Of a stretch of DNA of 64,000 nt, positions 24,141 through 36,287 are shown piece by piece (the first letter of the stretch is position 1; every line of letters starts with the position of its first letter). Source of the DNA: Octopus sinensis (taxonomy: Eukaryota). Both the position numbers and the translations under genes were made by a program. The notes under the pieces are model-generated. The model was given only the letters and a program-made list of their open reading frames with translations. It was not told the origin of the DNA and did not search any database. The DNA lies in the NCBI RefSeq assembly GCF_006345805.1, contig NC_043021.1, forward strand, positions 20,832,001 to 20,896,000, given 5' to 3'.

Positions 24141-24206
24141 AATGATGTGGACGCCTCTGATGAGAACTCAATAAGGTTCGGAAACTGATCAAGGTTGTTC
24201 ATCATT
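24141..24206 (+). ncRNA. Decayed hammerhead-like motif
   Basis: CUGAUGA-GAAC(loop)GUUC-G-GAAA-CUGA-UC with an imperfect extended stem I (AAUGAUG/CAUCAUU, CCU/AGG). Confidence 0.4.
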
Positions 24207-24997
24207 TTTTCAGTCTGCAGGGAAATGGTTAAAATTTGCTCTCTCTTACTCTTTACTCTTTTACTTGTTTCAGTCATTTGACTGCGGCCATGCTGGAGCA
24301 CCGCCTTTAATTGAGCAACTCGAGCTCGGGACTTATTCTTCTGTAAGCCCAGTACTTATTCTATCGGTCTCTTTTGCCGAACCGCTAAGTAACGGGGACA
24401 TAAACACACCTGCATTGGTTGTCAAGCAATGCTAGGGGGACAAACACAGTTACACAAACACATATATATATATATATATATATACATATATATGACAGGC
24501 TTCTTTCAGTTTCCGTCTACCAAATCCACTCACAAGGCTTTGGTCAGCCCGAGGCTATAGTAGAAGACACTTGCCCAAGGTGCTACACAGTGGGACTGAA
24601 CCCGGAACCATGTGGTTCGTAAACAAGCTACTTACCACACAGCCACTCCTGCGCCTATATATATGTTACATATATATCACCATCATCATCATCATGGGTT
24701 GGACAATTTGACTGAGGACAGGCAAGCCAGAAGGCTGGACCAGGCTCCAATCTGATCTGGCAAAGTTTCTACAGCTGGATGCCCTTCCAAACATTAAACA
24801 CTCCAAGAAAGTAGTGGGTGCTTTTACATGCCACTGGAACAAGGGCCAGTCAGGCGGTACTGGAAACGACCATGCTCAAATGGTACTTTTTACATGCCAT
24901 CTACACAGGAGCGACACTGGCAATGACCACGCTTGAATGTTGCTTTTCATGTGCCACCAGCAAGGCGACGCTGGCAATGATCAGCAACCCTGATACA

Positions 24998-25304
24998 TCT
25001 ATATATATAAAACTAAAGTTGTGTGTGTGAGACTCTGTCTCCTCCGGTTTAGATTCCTAACTACTCCCACATTTTGCAGTGCAGTTTAACCAAAAGCGGG
25101 TATCTTATAGTCGTGATTCATATTGAGCCCTTCTGGGTATTAGCGTGCGTCTACGATGAGTCTACGATTAAAAAAAAAATTTACCATAATTTTTCCGCAT
25201 TTTTAATGATTTTTGCTCGGGTTATAAAAGGGAAGTAACTCTCTAAAAATGCTTATATAGTTAATTCCCTTACGAACCCGAGCAACGCCGGGCGATACTG
25301 CTAG
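24998..25304 (+). mobile_element. Non-autonomous Helitron, family H1
   Basis: Same termini and body as 12628-12934. Confidence 0.85.
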
Positions 25305-26286
25305 TATATTATACACAGGATGGGCTAAAAGTAATGCACCGTGACATTAGACATTCTATTTATATTACATTATTATTATTTATTTTGTTCATCATGTACA
25401 AGTGTCTAAGCATTCAGCACTGTTTTATTTACTAGTATACCCATGTCGTCAAAAATGCCAACAGTTTTATTAATGATAGAAACTGGCTCATCAGCATAAG
25501 GAGGGAAAACCATTAATAAATGTCAGCAATCTAGTAAATAATATGCACATACACTGAATTGAAGCACTTGAAGAATCAGATATGACTGTAACCTCTTGGT
25601 TGAAAATATCACCCACATAATGTAAGTTTTATATGTGTGTGTGTGTGTGTATTCTTTTATTTAGAATCAAAATTGAAATCGATCAACATCAATAGAAATT
25701 GCAGCTGTGATACCAGTGCTGGTGGCACGTAAGCGAACCATCCGAACGTGACCGTTGCCAGCGCCGCCTCGACGGGCCTCCGTGCTGGTGGCACGTAAAA
25801 TGCACCAGCCGGTTGTGGCTGTTGCCAGCCTCGCCTGGCCCCCGTGCCGGTGCACGTAAAAAGCACCATCCGACCGTGGCCGTTTGCCAGCCTTGCCTGG
25901 CCCCCGTGCTGCTGCACGTAAAAAGCACCATCCGACCGTGGCCGTTTGCCAGCCCCGTCTGGCACCTGTGCCGGTGGCATGCAAAAAGCACCTACTACAC
26001 TCTCGGAGTGGTTGGCGTTAGGAAGGGCATCCAGCTGTAGAAACACTGCCAGATCAGATTGGAACCTGGTGCAGCCTACTGACTTCCCAGACCCCAGTTG
26101 AACCGTCCAACCCATGCTAGCATGGAAAGCGGATGCTCTAAATGATGATGATGATGATGATAATGCACTGACTACCAAATTTTACTCTGCGCATTGAGAT
26201 CGAACCCAGAACTTGGAGGTTGCAAAGTGAACTTCTTCACTATATGTGAAAAAGAAAAAGAAATAAAATAGATTTAAAAACTTTAC

Positions 26287-26382
26287 CTGTTTGAATGCTT
26301 TGTCTTCGGTGAAATGTCCAGTAAACTTCAGAAGAGAGTTTGAAACTCCACACTCACCCTCCACTAAATTTTTCATCGCCAT
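26287..26382 (-). CDS. PEX5: PEX5 first coding exon ([11 protein letters not shown]...KAFKQ, 32 aa)
   Basis: ATG in AACCATGG context; conserved Cys11; donor CAG|GTAAAG at 26286; acceptor tttcag at 26400-26401 leaves 17 nt of 5'UTR, implying an upstream non-coding exon. Confidence 0.96.
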
Positions 26383-26759
26383 GGTTACAAAGTTTTAGCC
26401 TGAAAGACAAAAAATATACATATATGTATACATGTTTGTGTGTACACAGAGGCATCTCAAAAGTAAATAAATAGACATTATCTTTTTTTTGAGTTAAAAA
26501 AGAAAAAATTTAAGCATAAGGTCATTTGAATACTTAGTCTAGTATTTAGTAGATGTGCCTTGTAGAGTTTTCAAGCAATTTTATCTGTTTGAGCATCATA
26601 CTAATGAGTGTATGCACAGATAAAAATGGTATAGTCACAGGTGTCTATTTACTTTTGAAAAGTCTGTGTACATATATATAGGTGCAGGAGTGGCTGTGGT
26701 AAGTAGCTTGCTTACGAACCACATGGTTCCGGGTTCAGTCCCACTGCGTGGCACCAGAA

Positions 26760-27327
26760 CATGTCTGGAAAATGATGAGTGATCTAGAAGATCTGCCACG
26801 AGTGTCAGCCCCAGAAATGTAATACTGCGCATCGAGAATTCATCCCCCGGAGTCACACCATCAACTGAAAGTTCTACTGCAACATTTTGAAAGGTTTGAG
26901 AGAGGGCATTTGGCAAAAATGAGAGGATCTGAGGGGCGCAAAGTACTGGATTCTTCATGTCGACAATGCACCCTGTCACCGAATCCTCACCCGAGAGTTT
27001 TTTGGCAAAAACAACATGGTATCACTTCTGCACCCGCCTTATTCACTAGATTTACCCCCTTCTGACTTCCATCTCTTCCCCCAAGATAAAAATGCAGCTC
27101 AAAGGTCACCATTTTAACACTGTTGTTGAAATCAAAAGTGAATTGTAGAAGGTCCTCGATTCACTGCCAGAAACAGGCCGGATTCCGAAAGAGGCAGGAA
27201 TGCTGGAATCAGAGTATTGCTGCAGAAGGTGACTATTTCAAAGGAGGTGATGTTAAAATTTGCGTTAAGAGGTTATTTCTATCTATAAAAAATAACTAGT
27301 CCTAAAACATTTTGGTACCACCTCATA
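26760..27327 (+). mobile_element. Decayed mariner transposon, 3' half
   Basis: WILHVDNAPCH...HPPYSLDLPPSDFHLFP...EGDYF with stops; ends in TIR-like TTTTGGTACCACCTCA-TA. Confidence 0.88.
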
Positions 27328-28535
27328 TATTTTTTTTTTTCTTGTTTCAGTCATTTGACTGCGGCCATGCTGGAGCACCACCTTTAATCGAGCAACTCGA
27401 CCCTGGGACTTATTCTTTTGTAAGCCCAGTACTTATTCTATCGGTCTCCGCTAAGTAACGGAGACATAAACACACCAGCATCGGTTGTCAAGCAATGCTA
27501 GGGGGACAAACACAGACACACAAACATACACGCACACATATATACGACGGGCTTCTTTCAGTTTCCGTCTACCAAATCCACTCACAAGGCTTTGGTCGGC
27601 CCGAGGCTATAGTAGAAGACACTAGCCCAAGGTGCTTCCTGTGCCTCCTATTAGAATAATAAACAAATTTCTCTTAAACCACACCACCCTCTTGACTAAA
27701 GCATTATACCCAATTACTACACTGAACAATGTTATAGTAGGTACAAGGTAAGACGATGAGCTGGCTGAGTCGTTAGTATGTTCTGATTTCAAATTCTCCC
27801 TAGATCGACTTTGATTTCGTCCTTTCGGGGTCGATAAAATAAGTACCATTTGATTACTGAAATCAATGTAATTGAGTTACCCACCCACCCCAAACTTTAC
27901 TCTTTTACTTGTTTCAGTCATTTGACTGCAGCCATGCTGGAGCACTGCCTTTAGTCGAGCAACTCGAACCCAGGATTTATTCTTTGTAAGCCTAGTACTT
28001 ATTCTATCGTTATCTTTTGCCGAACCGCTAAGTTACGGGGAAGTAAACACACCAGCATCAGTTGTCAAGCGATGTTGGGGGGACAAACACAGATACACAC
28101 TCATATACATAATATATACGACGGGTTTCTTTCAGTTTCCATCTACCAAATCCACTCACAAAGCTTTGGTCGGCCCGAGGCTATAGTAGAAGACACTTGC
28201 CCAAGGTGCCACGCAGTGGGACTGAACCCGGAATCATGTGGTTGGTAAGCAAGCTACTTACCACACAGCCACTCCTGCGGCCAAAATTTGAAACCAGTAT
28301 CAGATATAAGATATTTGAAAAAAAAAAAAAAATTGATCTTTGTGGCAGTATGCTTTTCATTACTGGTTTGATGAAGGCTGGCCTGGGGTTAACTAACAAA
28401 CAAGGTAGGAGAAAATTAACGCAATTGTTTTCCTTCCAGCAGAGAGGTGAGAGAAAACGAACCTCAAATGATATACGGTCGACAATCTTAACTGCGCTAT
28501 TTAGTGTGTGAAAACTGATTGACACAGAAACTTAC

Positions 28536-28620
28536 TAGCAACAGGTGATAATAGGGAATGTAGGACGGGGTCGAGGACGATGCTCTTCGTCATGCCTGGT
28601 CTCATATACAATAAACTAAA
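28536..28620 (-). other. Candidate non-coding first exon / promoter-proximal region of PEX5
   Basis: Perfect GTAAGT donor at 28530-28535 in non-repetitive CpG-containing sequence, where CpG depletion ends. 5' limit is unknown; no transcript evidence. Confidence 0.3.
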
Positions 28621-29016
28621 CTATCGAGCTGGCACGTCGGGCGAGATGCTTAGCGGTATTTCGTCTGCCGTTACGTTCTGAGTTCAAATTCCGCCTAGGT
28701 CGACTTTGCCTTTCATCCTTTCGGGGTCGATAAATTAAGGACCAGTTTCGCACTAGGGTTGATGTAATAGATTTAATACCTTTTTCTGTCCTTGTTTGTC
28801 CCCTCTATGTTTAGCCCCTTGTGGGTAATAAAGAAATACATCAACAACTGTAGAACACCTACAAGGCTGTTCAATCAGTTAGAAATAGCAAGTAAATCTC
28901 CCTAAAACCGCAAGCCTAAAAAGATAAATACATTACATAATATAAACCAGGGAATATTGTGGTTTTAAAAAAAATAGGTAGGATCAAAGTTTGACTGCAT
29001 TTGCTCATAAAGTTGG

Positions 29017-29373
29017 GGTAATTTTTGTGAAGTACACCCGCACGTGTTTCGCTAAGAAAAAAGCAAAAAATCCCTCGGATTTTTTGCGTGCAATCAAGTA
29101 CCTTGATCTCCTAATGTGCAGCAAACCCCTTATTTTTGTTCGGAAAAAAAAAAGCGGGGGGAACTGGACTCCCCCCACCCCTTAATCATTGGAAATGTTT
29201 TCTTTCGTTGAATGAATTACGGTGACCTCCTAATGCGCCACCCCAACTTTTTTCCGAGCAAAAATAAGGGGGTTTGCGACACATTAGGAGGTCAGGGTAC
29301 TTGATTCCACGCAAAAAAATCCGAAGTTTTTTTCTTAATGAAACTCTTGCGGGTCTACTTGCTAAGATTTACC
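29017..29373. mobile_element. MITE with GG-starting ~120-bp TIRs and 8-bp TSD (Merlin-like)
   Basis: GGTAAT...ATTTACC; flanks AAAGTTGG / AAAGTTAG. Confidence 0.65.
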
Positions 29374-30894
29374 AAAGTTAGTTGGAGCAGGACGCCTCTT
29401 CGTAGTTGCGAACTTGCTAGAAATAGCAGTAAAATTTCCTTGAAATCTCACACTACCATTTTCAAAGAGAGAAAGATATTACAATAGACGATGATAAATA
29501 ATGCAATCTTAGATAAGATACTCAAAGGTTGGTGCCTTTCAACATGTAGGGGTGTACTCGATCAGGACCGACCTATGATACTGTTGTGTTGGTGAAGCCT
29601 AAACAATATTTACCAGGCTGTAGCAATTGGACAGTTCATCGCTGAACTATCGAAGCCAATCTAAGAAGCACCGCATGCCAAACGGCTGTGTAGGAGGGTA
29701 AGAAAATTGTCGTATAACCTCCCGAAAAATGTCTGAGCAATAAACGTAAACACAAATACATAACAGATAAGAAAATAATAAAAAAGTACCTAGAGGCTCC
29801 GTTAATGTATATATATAGATATAGATCGGTGTCCACGGGATATATTTACAAATTATATATAAATATATAATTATATAAATATATATATATATATTTCTAG
29901 ATCGTTGCTTGCGAGATTACTGTCAACAATAGTCGGTCCGACATAGCCATTAATGAACTGTGAGGATACGAAACATTACTTGTAAAGTTAGCATCTTTGC
30001 TATAGTAATTCTTGCGTGCAATCGCTCTCCCTCTCTTTCTATTCTTCTCTCTTTCCTTCCTTTTCATGTGTCTCTGTTTTTCACACTCTTTCTCTCGCTT
30101 TTTTTTTCACCATCTCGTTTTCGTTCTTTCTTTTCTTCTTTGCCTCTTTTTTGTACTCTCTCTCTTTCTCTTTCTTCTCTCTCTCTCTCTCTCTCTCTCT
30201 TATCGCCTTTCTCTCTCAATTTGGTGGAACGAACAAGGGAAATAGAAGTCAAAGCATGAATACATATATTTATTAATTGGAAGAAAAGTTGTAAAGGTGA
30301 CTCAAGGGACGAACATTTCGTGAATAGCACTTGGAAAGAGAGAAAGAGAAGGCAGACAGAGACAGTGTGAAGATAAACAGGCAGAGAGAGAGAGAGAGAG
30401 AGGAAGATAGAGAAACAGGCAGAGAGAGAGAGAGAGAGAGAGAGAAAGATAGAGAAACAGGCACAGAGAGAGAGAGAGATTTGCTTTAAAAATTCAGTTT
30501 TCATTGTCGTAATATCATCCAAGCACAATGTTTTAGCATATTTATTAATCATTTTAATCAAAAATATTTAAAAAAGTAATGACAGTAATTAACAATCAAA
30601 ATAAAATGAGGTGTTTTAATTTGTAAAACTACGAAAATAAGTATAGGTGTGAATAATACTTCAAGCATTTCGGATAAATGCAACAAAGCTAAAAAGGCGT
30701 CAATCACAGACGATGTAATCTAAACAAGATAACGTGAATATATATGTTTGTGGAACACTCATTTATTTATATTATAATATAATGAATGAGTTGGTAGTTT
30801 TGTTAATTAAACAAGTGAAATACCCAACCATATTCGAACAAGATTTCTTCAAGAAACATACAAACTCACATACGTATATGTATGAATATAATAT

Positions 30895-31520
30895 GGATCT
30901 TTTCCTTTTGAACGGCAGTTTTCAACACAATTTCTAGTTAACTAAACACTTTTAGGCGATCTTTCGTCTCTAGTAGACCTTTCCGTCGATTTCCGTAAAA
31001 AAATATTTTTTTTTTACATATGGGCTTGCGGGAGCCTTTGAAGTAATATACATACATATACACATACACCGAGTAAAAAATTTCAGTTATCTCTCTCTTT
31101 CACACATTACTCTGTCTCTTCACACACACTAACAGAAGCACTTCACTTACACAACATACTGTCTGTCTCCCACACCCCATCAAACACACACACATGTACA
31201 TCAATGCTTGCCATGCACGGTAACTTCAAAAGAACTTCCCTCGTCATAAAATTGCTTTCTCTTAGTCTCTTTCGCTCTCTACTTCAAAAGTTCCCGCAAG
31301 CCCATATGTAAAAAAAAAAAAAAATTACGGAAATCGACGGAAAGGTCTACTAGAGACGAAAGATTGCCCACTTTTAAACTTCGTATACTGGTAGAATGTG
31401 TTTATAAAACATCATTTTTTCTTGGCTTTATTGAGAAAATTCTATATGTTGTAACATATTTCGACTTTAATTTCGAGCATTTCGGCAATTTTAACCAATC
31501 AAATACGTCCATTTAGGTAA
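30895..31520. mobile_element. Host MITE fragment (GGATCTTTTCCTTTTGAACGGCAG family)
   Basis: Left arm matches 54554 onward once the nested element and one TSD copy are removed. Confidence 0.75.
30955..31368. mobile_element. MITE with ~90-bp TIRs and perfect 8-bp TSD, nested in another MITE
   Basis: GGCGATCTTTCGTCTCTAGTAGACC.../...GGTCTACTAGAGACGAAAGATTGCC; TSD CACTTTTA on both sides. Confidence 0.85.
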
Positions 31521-31842
31521 ACAACATTCCGTGCTGTATTTATGTCAACACAAGTAGTGAGTAATAACCATTGTTTGTTACTGAACTGCAAAACACGATG
31601 ACATTTTAGCCCAGCTGGTGATCTGTGGTTTTTAGGCCAGCGTGCTGTCGCATAAATCTTTCTTCGCTGCTGGAGGCTATGCAAACTCATGACCTTTGGT
31701 AACGTATACAAGCATCCACTGTAAAGGCCTCTATGACATGATTGGCAGGTATAATGTTTTTTCAGGTGGCGACACGCGCGCGCATGTGTGTGTGTGTGTG
31801 GTTGGACTGACGAATGTGGATAAAATATTTTATCACACGTGA

Positions 31843-32472
31843 AGGCGGCGAGCTGGCAGAAACGTTAGCATGCCGGGCGAAATGCGTAGCCGTATTTCGT
31901 CTGCCGTTACGTTCTGAGTTCAAATTCCGCCGAGGTCGACTTTTCCTTTTATCCTTTCGGGGTCGATTAAATAAGTACCAGTTACGCACTGAGGTCGATG
32001 TAGTCGACTTGATCCCTTTGTCTGTCCTTGTTTGTCCCCTCTAGGTTTAGCCCCTTGTGGACAATAAAGAAATAAGAGACGTCAGCATCCGGGCGAAATG
32101 TGTAGCCGTATTTCGTCTGCTGTTACGTTCTGAGTTCAAATTCCGCCGAGGTCGACTTTGCCTTTCATCCCTTCAGGGTCGATTAAATAAGTACCAGTTA
32201 CGCACTGGAGTCGATGTAATCGACTTAATCCGTTTGTCTGTCCGTGTTTGTCCTCTCTGTGTTTAGCCCCTAGTGAGTAGTAAAGAAATAGGTATTTCGT
32301 CTGTCGTTACGTTCTGAGTTCAAACTCCGCCGAGGTCGACTTTGTCTTTCATACTTTCGGGGTCGATAATTAAAGTACCAGTTTCGCATTGGAGTCGATG
32401 TAATCGGCTTAATCCCTTTGTCTGTCCTTGTTTGTCCCCTCCATGTTTAGCCCCTTCTGAGCAATAAAGAAA
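31843..32472 (+). mobile_element. Head-to-tail cluster of three family B SINEs
   Basis: Three consecutive body/tail units. Confidence 0.85.
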
Positions 32473-32896
32473 TATATTTTATCACACACGCAAAACATAT
32501 ACTAAGAGGTGCTGAAAGGTTCCTAGTTTTAAGGGTACCACGAAAGGCCTGGCTGGAACCCCAACCTTCCGAGTTCTTTTACAGGGCTTAGAAAAACTGA
32601 AGGACCACTACAATAAGTGTGTGAATCTAAGAGGGGAACATGTTGAATAAATTCATAATTAACTGATCCTCCTGTATTTTCTTTTACCAAAAGCCAGGTA
32701 CTTTTCAGCACCCCCTTGTTTATATGTGTGTGTATACGACGGGCTTCTTTCAGTTTCCGCCTACCAAATCTACTCACAAGGCTGGTCGGCCTGAGGCTAT
32801 AGTAGAAGGCACATGCCTAAGGTGCCATGCAGTGGGACTCGATCCGGAACCATGTGGTTGGGAAGCCTCAGTCACACCATTATGTATGTATGTATG

Positions 32897-32955
<59 letters not shown>

Positions 32956-33631
32956 TACTTGCTTCAGTCATTGGACTGCGGCCATACTGGAGCACTTCCT
33001 TGAAGGGATTTAGTTGATCCAACCTACCCCGGTACCTGTTTAAAAAAAATTTAATTCTGGTACTCATACCATCGACCGCTTTTGCCGAACCGCTAAATTA
33101 CCGGGAGATAAGCAAACGAACATCATTCGTCAAGCAGTTGTGGGAGACAAACACATGCAAAGGTACCCACTCGCACGTGCACACATACTTGTGTAATTCT
33201 AGATTTACTCAAAAAGAGGTTCCCTTCCACTAGCATCGGTCTCTACAGAGATGACACGGTGCCAATATCAAGAAAGGTAAACGGCCAGGCAATAGATAAG
33301 CTTAGGAAGGACATCACCAGTTCCATGAATTTTCTGAGACTTAAGGTCACGATAGAAATCAACCTGAAAACGGTGGGTTTCCTTGATATGACCCCGGACT
33401 TTGAGTCCGGTGCTTATAGACCCTTTAGGAAGCCAAATGAGAAGCTATGGTACATACATTAACACAGGTTCCTCTCATCCATCCATATGTATTCGAGAAC
33501 ATGGTAAAGGGCTTCGGCAGAAGAGTCTTCAACCGATCTTTAAGCAATGGAGTTTTGCTGCTGCCGCCCCGTGCTATAATGAGATTTTGGCTACCAGCGG
33601 TTTCAGGAAAAGAATTAGTTATACCCCAGAC

Positions 33632-33989
33632 CAGTGGTTTTCAACCAGGGTTCCGCCAGTACAGTCCAGGGGTTCCGCAAGAAGTTACAAAACTGCTAAA
33701 ATCTGCAGTAATTTTTAATTCTCCTGTGCAGATATGTGTGCATAAGACTATTAAATTATTGCACAGGGGTTCCTCGAGCCAGTGGAATGTTTCCTGGAAC
33801 CTTAGGGTTCCACCAGTACAGTCCAAGGGTTCTGCAAGAAGTTACAAAACTGCTAAAATCGGCAGTAATTTTTAATTCTCCTGTGCAGATATGTGTGCAT
33901 AAGACTATTAAATTATTGCACAGGGGTTCCTCGAGCCAGTGGAATGTTTCCTTGGGGTTCCGCTCCAGCAAAAAGCTTGAAAAGCACTG
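33632..33989. mobile_element. hAT MITE inside the Penelope element
   Basis: TIR CAGTGGTTTTCAA / TTGAAAAGCACTG; perfect 8-bp TSD CCCCAGAC; internal ~170-bp tandem duplication. Confidence 0.9.
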
Positions 33990-34788
33990 CCCCAGACCCT
34001 AACCCCTCCAAGAGAAAAGACATCGGATAGTGTTGTGGATCACACCACCCTTCACTTTAAGTGTTAAAACCCGAGTAGGTAAGATTGTCCTTAGTCTAGT
34101 ACACAAACACTTCCCTCGTACAAATAGGTTCTATGAACCAAATGTAAAAAAAAGATTTTAGTAAGTAAACCCGTGCCTGAGACAGAGGCAGGATGCTCAT
34201 GTAGAGGTAACACAGCATGTCCACTAAACAGTTACTGTATAACGGAAACCGTCGTATACGAGGCAGAGGTAACAGCAATAGGACCAAATGGGCAACTAAA
34301 CGTGTAAAAGTACGTGGGAACAACTGAAGGCCCCTTCAGAACCCGCTATAGTAACCACAACTCCTCCAACATCCCGCCGACACATAACGCCACAACCCTG
34401 GCTAAGCACGTATGGTCCTTGATAGAAAGCGCCACCGAGTTCAGCATAAAGTGGAGGATTTTAGTGAAATGTAAAACATACTTCAATAGCATCAGGAAGT
34501 GCAGATTATGCCTGGCGGAGAAAAGAAAGATATTAAAGAGCTCTCAGCATCCAGGCATCTACCTGAACAGAAGAAGTGAAATATTTAATCCTTGCCCATA
34601 TGTAAGGAAATATATCCTACAATACCTGCGTGCCCCATCGTGAATATATTCACCAGTCTCCTTGCTTCGGTCCTCCCACCACCAGTACCTGAGAATCCGG
34701 CAAAGAGTTTGACCAGAGCATACACAAATGCACTCACAAACACACACACCCAAACACGGCGGACATCCACCCACACACACACCACAAT

Positions 34789-35123
34789 ATCGTCGCAGAT
34801 AGAGCTTTTCGGAGTATCCCCGCAGCCGACGCTCTGGAGCAGGAGTGAAGAGCGTCGGCTGCGGGGTCACTCCGAAAAGCTCTATCTGCGACGATTTCAT
34901 CTCAATCGAAGGAGAGGGGCTTTCTCCGTCCGGGTTACAGATCCGTGGAATAAGCTGCCGGACGAGATAGTGAAGATGCCGACGACCGCTCGGTTCAAAG
35001 TCTCTCTTGACCAGAAATGGCCTGAACTCTTTGCATGAACACCCTCCCTGTACATAACTCCATGTCCCCCTACAAGGCCTTGCTTTTTGCTTTTCGAGCC
35101 CCCAAAATTAACTTAACTTAACT
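34789..35123 (+). mobile_element. CR1 3' end with 5' inverted duplication
   Basis: Same family as 5345-5777, (AACTT)n tail; 34789-34850 is an inverted copy of the adjacent CR1 sequence. Confidence 0.88.
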
Positions 35124-35903
35124 AATATCCTTTTCCATACACACCACAATATAAGCACACCCACATATAGTAACCCTACATACACTCCATACATAAATGC
35201 CCCAAGAATTTGACCAAAGGTTTTAACCAAAACAAAAGAAAGCACACTAACGAACACAGATGCGTATGCGGCCCTTGGGCACTCCTCCCCTCCGTCGAAA
35301 ACACTACACATGTAGTACCACTACACACTTTCCATTACTACAAGAACACCAACCTTAAAAATGCACACCCGTCTCGTACACTCGTTTCCAGAAACCACGT
35401 CACTTTGTAACACCCACAGGAATGATATTTTGGTACTAAGGGACAGAGCTTTTAACTTAACCCTTGCTCAGTTCATTTCATCGTCTTTTTCACAGCAACC
35501 ACAAACTGATGTGTGTGTTCACCTCCAACAATAGAGAGCAGTCACTATATATCATTCCATAACTGCTATCTCTGAAGAGCGCGGGGTTACATAATCGGAC
35601 TGTTACCTAATCGTTAGCACGCCGGGCGAAATGCTTTGTGGTATTTCGTCCGCCGCTGCGTTCTGAGTTCAAATTCCGCCGAGGTCGACTTTGCTTTTCA
35701 TCCTTTCGGGGTCGATAAATTAAGTACCAGTTACGCACTGGGGTCGATGTAATCGACTTAATCCGTTTGTCTGTCCTTGTTTGTCCCCTCTATGTTTAGC
35801 CCCTTGTGGGCAATAAAGAAATAGGAATTAGTGCGAAATCGATCGGTAAAATCGGCCGTGATGGATATATATATAATACTGTACACTTCGATTTATATAT
35901 ATA

Positions 35904-36287
35904 CTAGCAGTATCGCCCGGCGTTGCGTGGGTTTGTAAGGGAAATAACTATATAAGCATTTTTAGAGATGTAAAGTATAAATAGCCATCTCAATATGGCT
36001 AACCACAAGGAGCTTTTTACATTCTGAGATTTAATAATACATTTTTAGAGAGTTACTTCCCTTATATATGCCAAAAATGCATTAAAAATGGGAAAAAATT
36101 ATGGTAATTTTTTTTTTTTAATCGTAGAAACATTGTAGACGCGCGCTAATACCCAGAAGGGCTCGATATGAATCACGACTATAAGATACCCGGTTTTGGT
36201 TAAACTGCACCGCAAAATGTGGGAGTAGTTAGGAATCTAAATCGTAGGAGACAGACACTCACACAACTTCACTTTTATATATATAGA
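35904..36287 (-). mobile_element. Non-autonomous Helitron, family H1
   Basis: Reverse copy with CTAG end, hairpin and TC start. Confidence 0.85.

Larger units (their letters stand above)
481..26399 (-). other. PEX5: PEX5 gene, 5' part (10 coding exons, 340 codons; 3' TPR exons lie left of the window)
   Basis: Manually spliced exons give [63 protein letters not shown]...APETFHMGSLLQEMRQIE...APAIADLAVSSEWAKDF...WAAEY...RRAAQELVDSLNNPRIEDTE-FMKFISNV...WVEHF...WQEEF...FWENLQ...HPWLTEY...DYKFASENPL...[22 protein letters not shown]. This is colinear with human PEX5 as recalled ([29 protein letters not shown]...[22 protein letters not shown]). All phases match with no stop. Confidence 0.97.
33197..35600 (+). 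mobile_element. Decayed Penelope-like element (RT C-terminus plus GIY-YIG endonuclease) with nested insertions
   Basis: GLYRDD RT motif at 33238-33255, then LKVTIEINLKTVGFLD and RPFRKPN; GTTEGPFRTRYSNH...KWRIL...CRLCLAEK...LNRRSEI at 34314-34620; partial CTGAAGAG hammerhead start near 35572. Confidence 0.88.

Noticed and set aside
29580-29703. Possible first exon of a divergent plus-strand gene (G|GTAAGA donor)
   Set aside because: A single donor-like motif with no downstream exon identified.
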